From Eledone cirrhosa (lineage: Eukaryota), in contig OZ024741.1 in assembly GCA_964016885.1 (NCBI GenBank), positions 366,234,001 to 366,298,000 of the forward strand: a stretch of 64,000 nt of DNA. Reading direction: 5' to 3'. Numbering within the stretch: position 1 is the stretch's first letter; each line of letters opens with the position of its first letter. The translations under genes were made by a program, and so were the position numbers. Positions 13,520 through 26,976 of the stretch are shown here, piece after piece. Under the pieces are notes generated by a model. It did no database searches and was not told the origin of the DNA. It was given only the letters and a program-made list of their open reading frames with translations.

Positions 13520-14631
13520 CGGGGTCTAAAATCAATATTAACAACATATGAGACCCGGATAGTGACACTGAAGCAACACCTTCAACAGAGGAAAAAGGTT
13601 GGCAACCATCTTGCCCAGGTTTATGACCATGAAAAAAGAAATATCATTAGAATAGCGACTGATCTGGAGGAGAGATATGGAATAAAGCCCGATATAAATC
13701 TCTCACCCAGAGAAATCGGAAGATCCTATTCAATGTTCAAACAAGAAAAAAAAATTGACCAATTTACAGAAAAAGTTGTGCATGGATACTTGAGGCGTAA
13801 AACACAGACCATAGAGGGGATAAACCACTCAAAAAGCCTGGCATGGAGTTCCGACAAGTTTATGACATCACACCTTGAGGGATATCTCTATGCAATACAG
13901 GAACAAGAACTCCCTACCAAATATCTGCTGCACAAAAGAGGAGGGCCAGCAGCTGACAATAAATGTAGGCTATGTAAAACAAAGATCGAGGATGTAAGCC
14001 ACATTGTTGCCAGCTGCGAAAGAATGTCATCTCGCTACTACCTCCCCATGAGACACGATGGGATAGCTAGAACCATCTGGAACGCACTTCGGAAAACAAA
14101 ATCAACAACAAACGAGGAAGAATATATTGAGACAGATGGCACTAAGGAATACTGGTGGAACCTGAAAATAAAAACTGCCACCAAATTAAAGCACAACCGG
14201 CCTGATATTGTAGTTTGGGACCACACATTGAAAATGTGTTCTGTTGTGGAGATCAGCTGCCCACTTGATGTAAACGTTGTCAGAAAAATACAGGAGAAGG
14301 AGGACATCTACGGACCATTGATGAGGAGTTTACAAATCCAGTATCCAAGATACACCTTTAGCTTCATACCCATCATTATTGGTGCTACGGGTTATATACC
14401 AACCCGCTTGGACCAAAGTATGACTGAACTTGGATTTGCGGACAAAAAGCGCAGCTCCCTAATTCATAGTCTACAAATGGCTGCGATAGCTGGCACCTTC
14501 AAAATTTGCAAAACATTCTTGCGATTCAAGGGATGACAATTTCTTTTCTTTTACAACCTTGCCACCAGGAGGGTGGCCGGTCAAAAAATATACTCAAAAT
14601 TAAGAGAAAGAGAAAACATGCATACATACAT
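13520..14631 (+). mobile_element. 5'-truncated Dong/R4-clade LINE with uninterrupted zinc knuckle and RLE ORF, in (CATA)n
   Basis: AIQEQEL..CRLCKTKIEDVSHIVASC..RHD..RPDIVVWD..VVEISCP..KEDIY..IPIIIGATG; stop at 14536; CATA tail. Confidence 0.92.
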
Positions 14632-15004
14632 AAGGGGGGAGTGTTTCAATATTCATGCTATATGTGTTTCATGCTACGCGTGTTTCAATGATTAACAGGT
14701 ATGCTCATCTTTTAATCAGGTATAATTGTTATGTACGTCAGACCTGAACTGTGCTCCATTGCCGGACTGATCTCAGTCGTACATGTATCTTTAATCACTT
14801 TGACGTATCAGTTATCAACATAAACTATAAGGTTGATCTCTCTTATGCAAACCATTAATCTATCAAAGCGTAAATTCCCTTGTTTTTTTATTATTGTGCA
14901 TATATCTGGTGCACCTGGTATATATGGCATATAGAATGAAAAAATGTAATACTATCATCGGTATTTCCTTCCTTATTTACGATAATGGTACATTAATAAA
15001 TAAA

Positions 15005-15442
15005 TAACTATTTCTAATTTAGGCACAATCCCACGAATATATGGTGAGAGCAAACAGATTAAATCGAACCAGTACATGACTGGTACTTTATTTTATTAAC
15101 CCCGTAAGGATGTAAGGAATTGTCAGACCAGTCAACTCTCCCCGGCGGACGAGGGGATCACCCACCCAATTTAGGGTGGGTGAGAGATGTCTTCTCTTTA
15201 GAAAATAGGTATGGCTCTCATTATGAAAGATCTCCCCATTTTGCCTCATATCTCTATGTTTTGGGGTACTTTTTTTCATGGTACTCCCCGTTTGGATTTT
15301 TAGAGGTTGGCTAGTCTGTGTAAACTAGGGAAGGATGTAAGGTAGCATTTATTTCGGCGGATTTGAACACAACGTAAAATGTCGTAACTAAATGCCGCAA
15401 AGCATTTTATCCGACGGTCAAACAAGCCTGCTAATCCGCCGC
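15005..15442 (-). mobile_element. Nin-like SINE interrupted by a MITE-containing insert (15119-15330)
   Basis: The SINE halves join across a 12-bp duplication, AAGGATGTAAGG. Confidence 0.75.
15124..15318. mobile_element. MITE with CAG..CTG TIRs (hAT-like); second copy at 38774-39177
   Basis: CAGACCAGTCAACTCT ... AGAGGTTGGCTAGTCTG; internal homology to the 38774 copy. Confidence 0.6.
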
Positions 15443-15757
15443 CATTTGTATAAGAATCACGGCAATATAGTGTCGAAAATAAAACAAAATAAAAAAATTC
15501 TAAGAAATGGAGGTAGTTTTCAGCATTAAAAAAATATATATTTCTAAATGAAAGGCGCTCTAGGAAAATAGTGTCACAGGTGGAAACCTTTTAGTTTGAC
15601 TTGTTTAGTCTGTTGTAAAGAAATATCTGAGGGAAATAAGTTTTATTCATATTCAACTTCCCAGATAACAAACGGAAGCTGCTATTTTTCCGCCTCTATT
15701 TATTATTCAAATTTTATTTTTTTACATATTTATTCATTTATTTATTTATCGATCTAG

Positions 15758-15808
<51 letters not shown>

Positions 15809-15936
15809 TATATTTTCTGAAATCATTAGTTTATTTGTATGAGTTGGTTTTGCATTGAATTTATATTTTAATTTAAAATTATTCGTATTAAAGTTATGAA
15901 TTATCTCCCTATCTTTATCATTATCATCGTCAACAT

Positions 15937-15942
15937 AGTAGC

Positions 15943-16006
<64 letters not shown>

Positions 16007-16014
16007 ACAGCAGC

Positions 16015-16064
<50 letters not shown>

Positions 16065-16167
16065 CAGTAGTAGTAGTAGTAGTAGTAGTAGTAGCAGTAG
16101 CAGTAGTAGTAGTAGTAGTAGCAGTAGTAGTAGTAGTAGCAGTAATAGTATTAGTAGTAGTAGTAGC

Positions 16168-16244
<77 letters not shown>

Positions 16245-16310
16245 CAGTAATAGTAGTAGTAGTAGTAGCAGTAGTAGTAGTAGTAGCAGTAGTAGTAGTA
16301 GTAGCAGTAA

Positions 16311-16355
<45 letters not shown>

Positions 16356-16368
16356 CAGTAGCAGCAGC

Positions 16369-16412
<44 letters not shown>

Positions 16413-16418
16413 CAGTAA

Positions 16419-16486
<68 letters not shown>

Positions 16487-16523
16487 GCAGTAGTAGTAGT
16501 AGCAGTAATAGTAGTAGCAGTAA

Positions 16524-16573
<50 letters not shown>

Positions 16574-16629
16574 TTAATGGCAGTAGCAGTAGTAGTAGTA
16601 GTAGGAGTAGTAGTAGTAGTAGCAGTAGC

Positions 16630-16688
<59 letters not shown>

Positions 16689-16715
16689 CAGTAGTAGTAG
16701 TAGTAGTAGTAGCAA

Positions 16716-16772
<57 letters not shown>

Positions 16773-16773
16773 C

Positions 16774-16823
<50 letters not shown>

Positions 16824-16824
16824 C

Positions 16825-16891
<67 letters not shown>

Positions 16892-16922
16892 ATAGCAGTA
16901 GTAGTAGTAGTAGTAGTAGCAA

Positions 16923-16965
<43 letters not shown>
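15937..16965. repeat. (AGT)n microsatellite of about 1 kb with AGC/AAT variants
   Basis: Direct reading; explains the poly-V/T/L ORFs. Confidence 0.98.
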
Positions 16966-16967
<2 letters not shown>

Positions 16968-17381
16968 CTGTTGTCATCATTCTAGAATTAATATTGATAT
17001 TGTTATCTGTTCTGAAATTCTGTAATACACCTTGGTTTCTGGAGAAGGAAAATTCTATAACATGAATAAATATATATATATATATATATTGTATGCGTGT
17101 ATGTGATTCTGTGTGTGTGTGTATGTGATTCTGTGTGTGTGTATGTGTGTGTTTGGTGTATGATAGTGCGTGTTAGTGTGTGTGAGTGAGTGTGCGTGTT
17201 AGTGTGCTTGTGTTTGCCTGTGCATAGATATATGTATGTATGTAAAACTTTATACATATCTTAAAATTCCTTACATAGATATATGTTTTCCTGACATACC
17301 TATTCAATGTTTTCGTATACATAATTAAATATATAAAGATAGATGTGTATATGTGCATGTATATATGTACATATATATATG

Positions 17382-17416
<35 letters not shown>

Positions 17417-17422
<6 letters not shown>

Positions 17423-18022
17423 GTTAAAAATGTACATCCACATATGTATACTTAAATATTAGTATGCATATGAATACACACACGTATACATATGTAGATG
17501 TACCAAGTCTTTCACTGGTTACTTTACTGTGAGTATCCAGCTATTCTGTATGTAAACACACAGACAAACCGGTTTTTAGAGTCATACTGGTTTTTGAGGA
17601 AACACCTTTCCTCTATTCTCCAGAAAGCCAGACAAGGAATATTGAACTAGTTTCGTTGTTGTTACAACTCATCAGCAATATTTACCTATCTACCGGCCTT
17701 TCTGGAGAATCGTAAAAGCACATATCGTTATATGCTTTTTCTATGAAAATTAGTAGTGGGCAGACTAATTTGCATAGAGTGTGAGTACATACCGGTTCAA
17801 CGGAGACGATAAAAACAAATAACGAGACGAAATTCTCGCAGTAAAGTAACCAGTGAAAGACTTGGTACATCTACATATGTATACGTGTGTGTATTCATAT
17901 GCATACTAATATTTCAGTATGCATATGTGGATGTACATTTTTAACTTAATTGTTTAAGCGTCAGTCATACAAAAGTGAGTTACAAACGAAACGAAATTTA
18001 ATTTCGTTTCGTTATTTGTTTT
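17417..18022. mobile_element. Fold-back pLTR-type insertion (family D) in (TA)n
   Basis: 17417-17533 is the inverted repeat of 17836-17950; HHR in the spacer. Confidence 0.8.
17638..17682 (-). ncRNA. Minimal type I hammerhead ribozyme, family D, intact core
   Basis: AATATTG CTGATGA GTTGT aaca ACAAC GAAA CTAG TT CAATATT. Confidence 0.9.
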
Positions 18023-18088
18023 TATATATATATATTTATATACATATATATATGTACATATATACATGCACATATACATATATACATG

Positions 18089-18152
<64 letters not shown>

Positions 18153-18157
18153 TAAAT

Positions 18158-18188
<31 letters not shown>

Positions 18189-18207
18189 AATATATATATA
18201 TATAAAT

Positions 18208-18273
<66 letters not shown>

Positions 18274-18839
18274 AGATCAAAAGATGGTTAAAGGAGTTCC
18301 ATGTATTTTATTATGCGCATTTTAAAAACAAACATTATCATGCAATAATATTTGTGTTTTCATCAGATAAAACAGGAGGAGATGATATGAAGGCTAAAAA
18401 AAAACTTGTGGATAGTGCACTTTTAAATCAACATATGAAAAGTAGTTTTAGATTGATGTGTGATATTGGGAAAAATATTTTATTTAGAGATGGTGGTGGA
18501 AAGGATGAAAAAAGGGGAGGACATGAGAGTGAAGGTGGAGAGGTAGACGTACAGATTTGTTTTCTATCTGCTTGCATACATTTTTTTTCTATCTGCTTGC
18601 ATAAATTTTTTTTCTATCTGCTTGCATAAATTGCATAGGACTTTTCACAAAGTATACAGCTAATATTCAATTCTTTATCAATTTAGAATCTTTTCTCAAA
18701 GGCACATATACATACACCTCTTTTAAAATATACCCATCTTCCTACCTTACTTCAAAGGGTATTATACACTCTATAATACTTGTTTACTCATTACCCTCAT
18801 TCTATCTTCACCTTGTAAAATCCTTCATAACATATACAT

Positions 18840-19830
18840 TTGTTTTTTTGACGCTAGATTATTCATCCTTAATTTATTATTTTTTTCTCCCCATCATCTA
18901 ACTCATTCTTAATACATATTAACTCTTTCTTCGCACATATTATCAATTCCTTCAATATACAAACCTTAACTTCACATTATTTTTCTCAAATCCTTCAATA
19001 CACAAACCTTAATAATTTTTTAATACATATTAACTCTTTCTTCGCACATATTATCAATTCCTTCAATATACAAACCTTAACTTCACATTATTTTTCTCAA
19101 ATCCTTCAATACACAAACCTTAATAATTTTTTAATACATATTAACTCTTTCTTCGCACATATTATCAATTCCTTCAATATACAAACCTTAACTTCACATT
19201 ATTTTTCTCAAATCCTTCAATACACAAACCTTAATAATTTTTTCTCTTCGTTAATTTTCAAATTTCCATAATACTTGTAAACACACACACAAATTTTTTT
19301 GACGTTAGAATATTCATCCGCATTTATTATTATTTTTTCTCTCCATCATCAAACTTTTTAATTTCAATACATATTAACTCCCTCTCCTTTTTTTGACGCT
19401 AAAATATTCATCCTTAATTTATTATTTTTTTCTCCCCATCATCTAACTCATTCTTAATACATATTAACTCTTTCTTCGCACATATTATCAATTCCTTCAA
19501 TATACAAACTTTAACTTCACATTATTTTTCTCAAATCCTTCAATACACAAACCTTAATAATTTTTTTAATACATATTAACTCTTTCTTCGCACATATTAT
19601 CAATTCCTTCAATATACAAACCTTAACTTCACATTATTGTTCTCAAATCCTTCAATACACAAACCTTAATAATTTTTTTCTCTTCGTTAATTTTGAAATT
19701 GCCATAATACTTGTAAACATACACCCTTTTTGTTGACGTTAGAATATTCATCCGCAATTATTATTTTTTCTCTCTATCATCAAACTGTTCAATCTCAATA
19801 CATATTAACTTCCTCGTACATATTTTTCCC
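18840..19830. repeat. 111-bp minisatellite within a higher-order duplication of about 545 bp
   Basis: TAATACATATTAACTC recurs at 18910, 19021 and 19132; the block starting TTTTTTGACGCTA recurs at about 18844 and 19389. Confidence 0.9.
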
Positions 19831-20112
19831 TTCGTTAATTTTCAAATTCTTTTAATTTATACATTTTCTTCCAACGGTTTTCAACCTCTCTATGTAAAAC
19901 AATATATCTTTTCTCAGTTATAAAAAATATCTCTTTCTCTCTATCACCCATCTCTCCCTCTCCACCTTCACTCTCATCTCCTCCCCTTTTTTCATCCATT
20001 CCACCCCCCCTCTCTAAATAAAATATTTTTCACAATATAAAACTACTTTTCATATGTTGATTTAAAAGTGCACTATCCACAAGTGTTTTTTAGCCTTCAT
20101 ATCATGTCCTCC

Positions 20113-20183
20113 TGTTTTATCTGATGAAAACACAAATATTATTGCATGATGATGTTTGTTTTTGAAATGCGCATAATAAAATA
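20113..20183 (+). ncRNA. Type I hammerhead ribozyme, family E, intact core (inverted copy 18304-18374 has AAAA)
   Basis: TGTTTTAT CTGATGA [aaacacaaatattat..gatgtttgttttt] GAAA TGCGCA TA ATAAAATA. Confidence 0.85.
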
Positions 20184-21230
20184 CATGGAACTCCTGTAAC
20201 CATCTTTTGATCTTATATATTATGTATACTCCAGTCCTACAAACTGTAGAGTGCTTCTTATCCGATATCTGCATTGCTTTATTGTACTACAATAAAACTC
20301 ACCTCCTACATATATATATATATATATTGGAAAATGTGTGAGGTCCTTGGTACAGAAAAAAAGGAAAAGAATGACTTCACTTGTAGTGTTAAAAAATATT
20401 TGATTTAATTTTATATTATGATATTATGAGTTGGTAGATCCAACTCATAATATTATAATATAAAATCTGTGTACAAATGTGTACGTCTGTGTACATATGT
20501 GTATTTACATGTAGGTATGTGCGTTATATACGTACTTATGTGTTTATATTTATATACGTTTATATAATTATATGTATACACGCACACACACGCACATATA
20601 TATATATGTTTTTATATATATTCTTATGTGTATTTGGTGTATACGTTCGTATGTGTGCGGGTACAGGCGTTGCGTGGGTTCTGTATGTGCGTGCGTGTTT
20701 TTTTGTGTACGTGCTTGTATTTGCATACCCATTGCGGGTGTTTTCGCGTATGCTTGTGTATGTACGTATATGGATGCGTGCATGTATATATTTAATTTCA
20801 ATTACCTCTGTAATTTATTTACTTTATTCTTAACTCTGAAGCCGAGATTCATTCGGTTTCCTAAATTAGCCTACGACTTCAGTAATACCATATACGTGGT
20901 TTTGTCTTTGCGTGTAATTGTTCTCACCGCTCCACATAATGACGTATTATCTTCATGTTTTCTGTTCATTGCCAGAGAACGTCTCCACGAACCACCTAAT
21001 AGAATATTAATCTCCGACTTCATTTATACCATAAACGTGGTTTTGTCTTTGCGTGTAATTGTTTTCGTCGCTCCAATTAATGACGTATTATCTTCGTTTT
21101 TATCCGTTCTTTGCGAGTGAACGTTTCCACGAACCAAAGTATCGTCTTCCTGTCTTCCTTCGGTTGCAACGTTTTTTGAAATATTTACTTCTGCGTTCAC
21201 AGATTGATTTTTTTTGTTTCAGAAGATCCC

Positions 21231-21806
21231 ATTCTACATTACAGTTCACTGTCCATGGTGCCCTCATTGTTAATAGAGCTTCCTAGCATTTAACCAGCTT
21301 GACAAGATCTGGAAAAGCAGGAAGTTCACCCTCAAAACAAATATGAGATTCTACAACAGCAACGTGCTGTCCACACTCTTGTACGGAAGTGAAACATGGC
21401 ACCTTAAGACCAGCCAAGAGAAGAAGTTGGATGCATTCGATTCCAGGTGTCTGCGAAAGATCCTGGGGATTAAATGGAGTGACCATGTAACAAACCAGGA
21501 AGTCAGGACCCGCACCAACCAACAGCTAGTCTCTTCTACCATCTGCAAGCGACGCCTGGGAGGGTTTGTACACGCTTTGAGACTTCCCCCGGAGAGACTG
21601 GCGAACCAAGTACTTAAATGGAGCCCGCAGGGAAGCAGACGGAGAGGGCGACCCAATATGAACTGGCGCCAGACAGTTGAGAGGGATCTGCGAGCGACAA
21701 ACAGACAATGGCGGGACGCTGTGCAACTGGCTGCTGACCGAACGCGGTGGAACACTATGATTGCCTCATGCGTCGCAAGACGCGGGAGCTTCTGAGTCTG
21801 AGCCTG
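21231..21806 (+). mobile_element. RTE-like LINE 3' fragment with (CTGAGY)n tail
   Basis: LLYGSETW..FDSRCLRKILGIKWSD..GSRRRGRP..W; TSD AGAAGATCCC / AGAATATCCC. Confidence 0.85.
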
Positions 21807-21957
21807 AGAATATCCCGTTAAGGGTGAAAGCAGCGATTCTTTGCTTAAACTTTAATCTATTATTTAATAAATATTTGCTCTACGGTTCTTATATATTTGA
21901 TATATATTTATCCTTATCGAGCCCTCTTTGGATTTTAGTCTTCAAATTTATTATTAT

Positions 21958-22010
<53 letters not shown>

Positions 22011-22015
<5 letters not shown>

Positions 22016-22225
22016 AAATGTGTGAAATCCTGCGTAGAGTTATGTATATTTGAAAAAAAGGAAAAGAATGATTTCACTTGTAGTGTTAAAAAATATTTGA
22101 TTTAATTTTATATTATAATATTATGAGTTGGTAGATCCAACTCATAATATTATAATAATATAAAATAAAATAAAAATTGTTTTAACACTACAAGTGAAGT
22201 CATTCTTTTCCTTTTTTTCAAATAT
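22011..22225. mobile_element. Palindromic fold-back element in (TA)n; partial copy at 20327-20466
   Basis: Long arms around the GAGTTGG-TAGAT-CCAACTC apex, which is shared by both copies. Confidence 0.75.
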
Positions 22226-22237
22226 ATATATATATAT

Positions 22238-22640
22238 CTAAGGCGGGTAAAATTCCCGAGATCCATGGACGAGTTCTCTCCAGCGGTCTCTGTCCCTCAT
22301 TATCGCTGCCATATCCTGCATCTCCAACAGACCAGTGTCTGTCCTTAGGGCATCAACATATGTTAACCTTGGTCTTCCTCTTCTAGTGTGTCCATGTAGG
22401 GGCTCCCAAAGGAGCACTGAGTGCAATGTCAACTCTGGATGTCGGTGAGCATGTCCAGCCAACCTCAGTCTCCTCTGTGTCACTTTTGAGCTGACTTTTG
22501 GGATGCTCCCATACAGCTCTGAGTTTTTCATCCTCAGTGTATACTGATTAATGTTCAGAGCCATCCTCAGCATTCTCGTGTAGCACCCATCCACCATCTG
22601 AGTGAGTCTCTTGGTCAGTGTCCAAGTCTCAGACTTGTAT
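22238..22640 (-). pseudogene. RTE-like LINE 3' fragment
   Basis: DGCYTRMLRMAL..RRLRLAGH..LLWEP..RRGRPRLTY..DRDRWR. Confidence 0.85.
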
Positions 22641-23707
22641 ATATGTTTGTTTATATATGTTTGTTTATATATGTATGTGTATGCTTATATATGTATGTAA
22701 CGTTCCACACCGTACGAGATTCTTTCCTCGCTCACATCCGCACGGCCAAGATGTGTCTTTGCCTTCTCGTCAATATTCGAGAAGTTCTTATGTTCAAAAT
22801 GAATTATTAACTTGATTTTCTCGTTTTTCCTCTCTTTGCTTTGCCTCACCATTCGTGTTTGTTTACATGTCTCTCTTTTTGCACCCAACTCTTTTTATCC
22901 CAATAACTTAATTTAGTTATGGTATCGCCTTAGCTTGAGGTATATGGTCTGTAATGCGAAGAAATAACTATGATGGCTAGTAGACCACTGATGACGGTTA
23001 TTCCTGGCTTCTATTTCTTATTCTTCATTTATTATATATATCCTATTTGCAACAACACAGCTCGCCATTTTTCATTTATATATATGGGGGGGGGGGGAGA
23101 ACTCATAAGAGTCAACGGCCATCCAAAAGTGTGTAGATATGTATATACACATGTACATATGTATGTATATGTGTATATACATGGGTGCATGTGTGTGTAT
23201 ATGCGCAGGGACATAGAAATAGTTGGGCTGGACACCCGATCGCGCGGTTAAACCACTGTGAGTGAAGGAGCCCTAGCCTTTGTCAGGGCATTCTTCTAAG
23301 AGAAGGCAACTCAGGAAACTGGGATAACTCCGATATAAAACTTGCGGCTCATTAGTTACTGATGATGTTGATCTTTTCTTCTTTTCGGGTTATAGCTACT
23401 GTCGCTCAGAGAGTGGGATTGGCTCAGTGCACTGTCTTCCCTCACTTAAAAAAAATATCTTCAAGCAGAGGCATTGCACGATAGAATTACTTAATAATTA
23501 TTAATAATATTATATCGTGCAATGGCCATACTCGATAACGAGTGGGCAGCCATCATATATGTATGTATGTAAAAGGTAAACAGAAATAACAACACAATCG
23601 GTACAGTATATGGAAGGAATATATTAGGTTAACGCTTGTAATTCATATATATACTCATACATTCACTCACATACATTCATCCAAACACATACACACATGC
23701 ATTCATA

Positions 23708-23787
<80 letters not shown>

Positions 23788-25378
23788 TTATTTATCCATC
23801 GGAGGTTACAAAGCTGTGAAGAAATATTAAATGTATAACTGTCTTTCATTCAATTCAAATTTTTAATACCAAATAAAATTTCTTTTGCCCTTTCCTCGTA
23901 TTACGCTAAAAGGATTTCAACATGGTTATTTTAAATTTGATTATATAATTTCTAGAAGTTTAATATTTGAAAATAGTAATCATCTTTTAGAAAGGTGTTT
24001 TACATCCTATATGAATGTTTCATGTATTTATTTATTAGTTCTTGTTTGCCGCTTTCTGTCTGTTGTTATATTTATTATTTGAATTCATAGCTTGAAAATT
24101 TCTCACTTCATTTCTAAGGTTCAATTTTCTGATATGCTACATTTGTAACGAAGGCATCGTCTGTATCATGCATTTACGTAGCGTGTAAAACGCCTTGCAG
24201 TGTTTAGTGAACATCTTTTTGTCGTGGCTGTTGTTGGTGTTGTTGTTCTTGTTGTGGCTGGTGTTGTTGTTGTTGTTGTTGCTTCAACTCAATTCTGAAA
24301 CATTATCCGTGGAAATGTATACTCATAAATTCATATTACACCAAGTCCTTCGTTGCATTTAAACTTTCAATCAAGTCCCGAGATCAGAGTATCGACTCTT
24401 ATGTAATCATATATCTTTCCTTTCAAATTTCGCGCCATATGTTTTTTCAGAAATTAACATTAGTTGTGGTTGTTTTTTTAATCTCTGACCATCACTGATC
24501 TAGCAGATCCATGATCAAAGTAGTTGATCCTTCAAACTCATTATTTCTCAAAAAGGAAAAGGAAAATTTCTTTAAGAATTGGAAGTTGCGTTTATCTTTC
24601 TAAACTTAATTTTAATTTAACCATACCTCCTGAAACCAACCTTGTTTCTATGACATAAAACTATTTCAAAGTGTTTATATTTACCTAAATTCCTTCCTTC
24701 GTATTTCATGTCAGAAACATTAAGATATGTCCCAGGTCCAAGCTTAATAATGTAGAAATTAGTTATAGTACTACATTCTTCAAAATTCTTGATTATTTTC
24801 AAAGCCGTTCAAAATCAGCGGCAGTGACTTTCAGTAGTAATATTGCAGCAAAAAGGTTAATGAAGGCTTGGGTGAAATTAGTTGATATGCCTTCCATTAA
24901 ATTAATGTAGTACAAGAGGGTGAAAACTTCTGACCTCCTTGATGCGACAGTGGTAGGACAATGATCCTGCCAACATACTAGATACGAACAAATCATGTGC
25001 AAAGGCATAAAGAGTACAAATTATGACACGGCTGTAAATAGTTCATTTTCAAGTTGATCAATTCCGTCAAACGCATGTCTTAAGAAATCATTCCGTTCTG
25101 CCAAGATTTCCATTGATAGTGAAATATAATTTGGCAACAGAAAGTGGATTATTTGGCAAACATCACAAAAATATCTATAGATATAATACAATACACTGTC
25201 TGTAATCGTTGTCAGAAGCAGTGATATTAATCATATCTCAAAGTCAAGCTATGTTACGTTCGACTTTTCTCATTAAATTTTCTAACATTTCTCTCTCTCT
25301 TTCTCTGTGTTATATATATATCTTTCACTCACTCTGTCACAGTATAGGGAAAACACACTCATATAACACACATCCGAG

Positions 25379-25455
<77 letters not shown>

Positions 25456-25709
25456 GATAGGTTGTCATATGTGTGGGCGTACATAGAAGGGTCAAACCTC
25501 ATTAACTGATTGAACATTCAATACATGTGAGCAGAATAACAGTTTTATTTCCGGAAAATCATGATGGCATCGAAGAGTTATGTCGCATAAAATGTTAGTT
25601 AATTGAGTTCTGAGTTCTTAGTCCGATGTGGAGAACATTGTTTTTCATCGCTCCACGGTCGATAATAAAATATGTTTTCAGTCGATTCTTTTCTCTCTCT
25701 GTTTCACTT

Positions 25710-25770
<61 letters not shown>

Positions 25771-26336
25771 CTCCCTCTCTCTCATACCTTATTTTACTTG
25801 ATTGCTATAACTTATACCAACGAGAAAGGTCTCAACATATATCTCTAGTACATTTATACAACATTTTTTAAAAGTAAATATTAGGCTTCACGTTCCAATC
25901 AAAATCACAATTATCACTAAACTCCAGGAACACGACCACCTCTCTACTAAATTATCAATTATATTTTAATCTCACTCTCACTCTGTACTAAATCTTCGCT
26001 AAGAAAAAGACTAAAGGAAAAAAAAAAAATTCAATGTTTTATATAATTTTCAATTTATCGTTTTAGTTTTTTTTTTAACAAATAACAATTATTTTATATC
26101 ATTTATGATTTTTATCCGGAAAAAACATTTATCTCAATATATAATTCAACACACCAGAGAGAATCTCTGGTTCCTGAATTCATTTTAGAATATTTTATAA
26201 TACAAATAGACACATGCATTTTACCCACGCAAAAGCACAAGAACATGCTCAATTATATATGTGTGTGTGGGGGGGGCGTGAGTGTGTGTCTGTGTGTGTG
26301 AGTGTGTGTGTGTGTATGTGTATGTGTGTGTGTGTG

Positions 26337-26400
<64 letters not shown>

Positions 26401-26933
26401 TGCGTGCTTGTTATTTTTCTACATGCATGTGTGCGGGTTAAAACTCGAAGTATCGAAGTGCGCCTTTGACTATGTATGCGTAACTATACGTCTGTACGTC
26501 TGTAAATTGTGTGTGTATATATGTGTGTGCGTATGTATGACTGTATGTATGGATGTATGTGTGTATATACGGGTAAGCGTGTGTATACGGGTATTTATGT
26601 TTGCATATGCATGTGTGTCCTTGTATATGTTGGCATATGCGTCTGAATATGAGTGCGTAGATGTATGTGTATCAGTATGTCACTGCATACATGTGTAAGG
26701 TGTATAAGGTGTGTGTATGTATACGAGTGTTTGTATTTGTGTATGTATGTTAACACGAACATATGTACGAGTGTGTGTCTGTGTAAGTATCGTAGTGAAC
26801 TAAAGAATCACAATCTATCTATTTTCAGTTAATTTCCGGAGTGTGTCATTCAATACATTCGCTGCATTAAAATAAGGAATAATATAAATACTGTGAGTAT
26901 TTTCTAATTTCTATTTTCTAATAAGTGTTATAT

Positions 26934-26976
<43 letters not shown>

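Larger units (their letters stand above)
18266..20310 (+). mobile_element. PLE-derived element (family E): inverted pLTR, internal tandem repeats, direct pLTR
   Basis: 18266-18543 is inverted relative to 19957-20222; AATAAA then (TA)n at the 3' end. Confidence 0.8.

Noticed and set aside
15896-17065. Long poly-V, poly-T and poly-L ORFs
   Set aside because: Translations of the (AGT)n microsatellite.
22975-23010. CTGATGA after AGACCA
   Set aside because: No compatible GAAA or stems in any HHR topology.
24600-25200. Unique-looking sequence as a host exon
   Set aside because: Short ORFs with no recognisable domain or splice support. Small exons cannot be excluded without RNA data.
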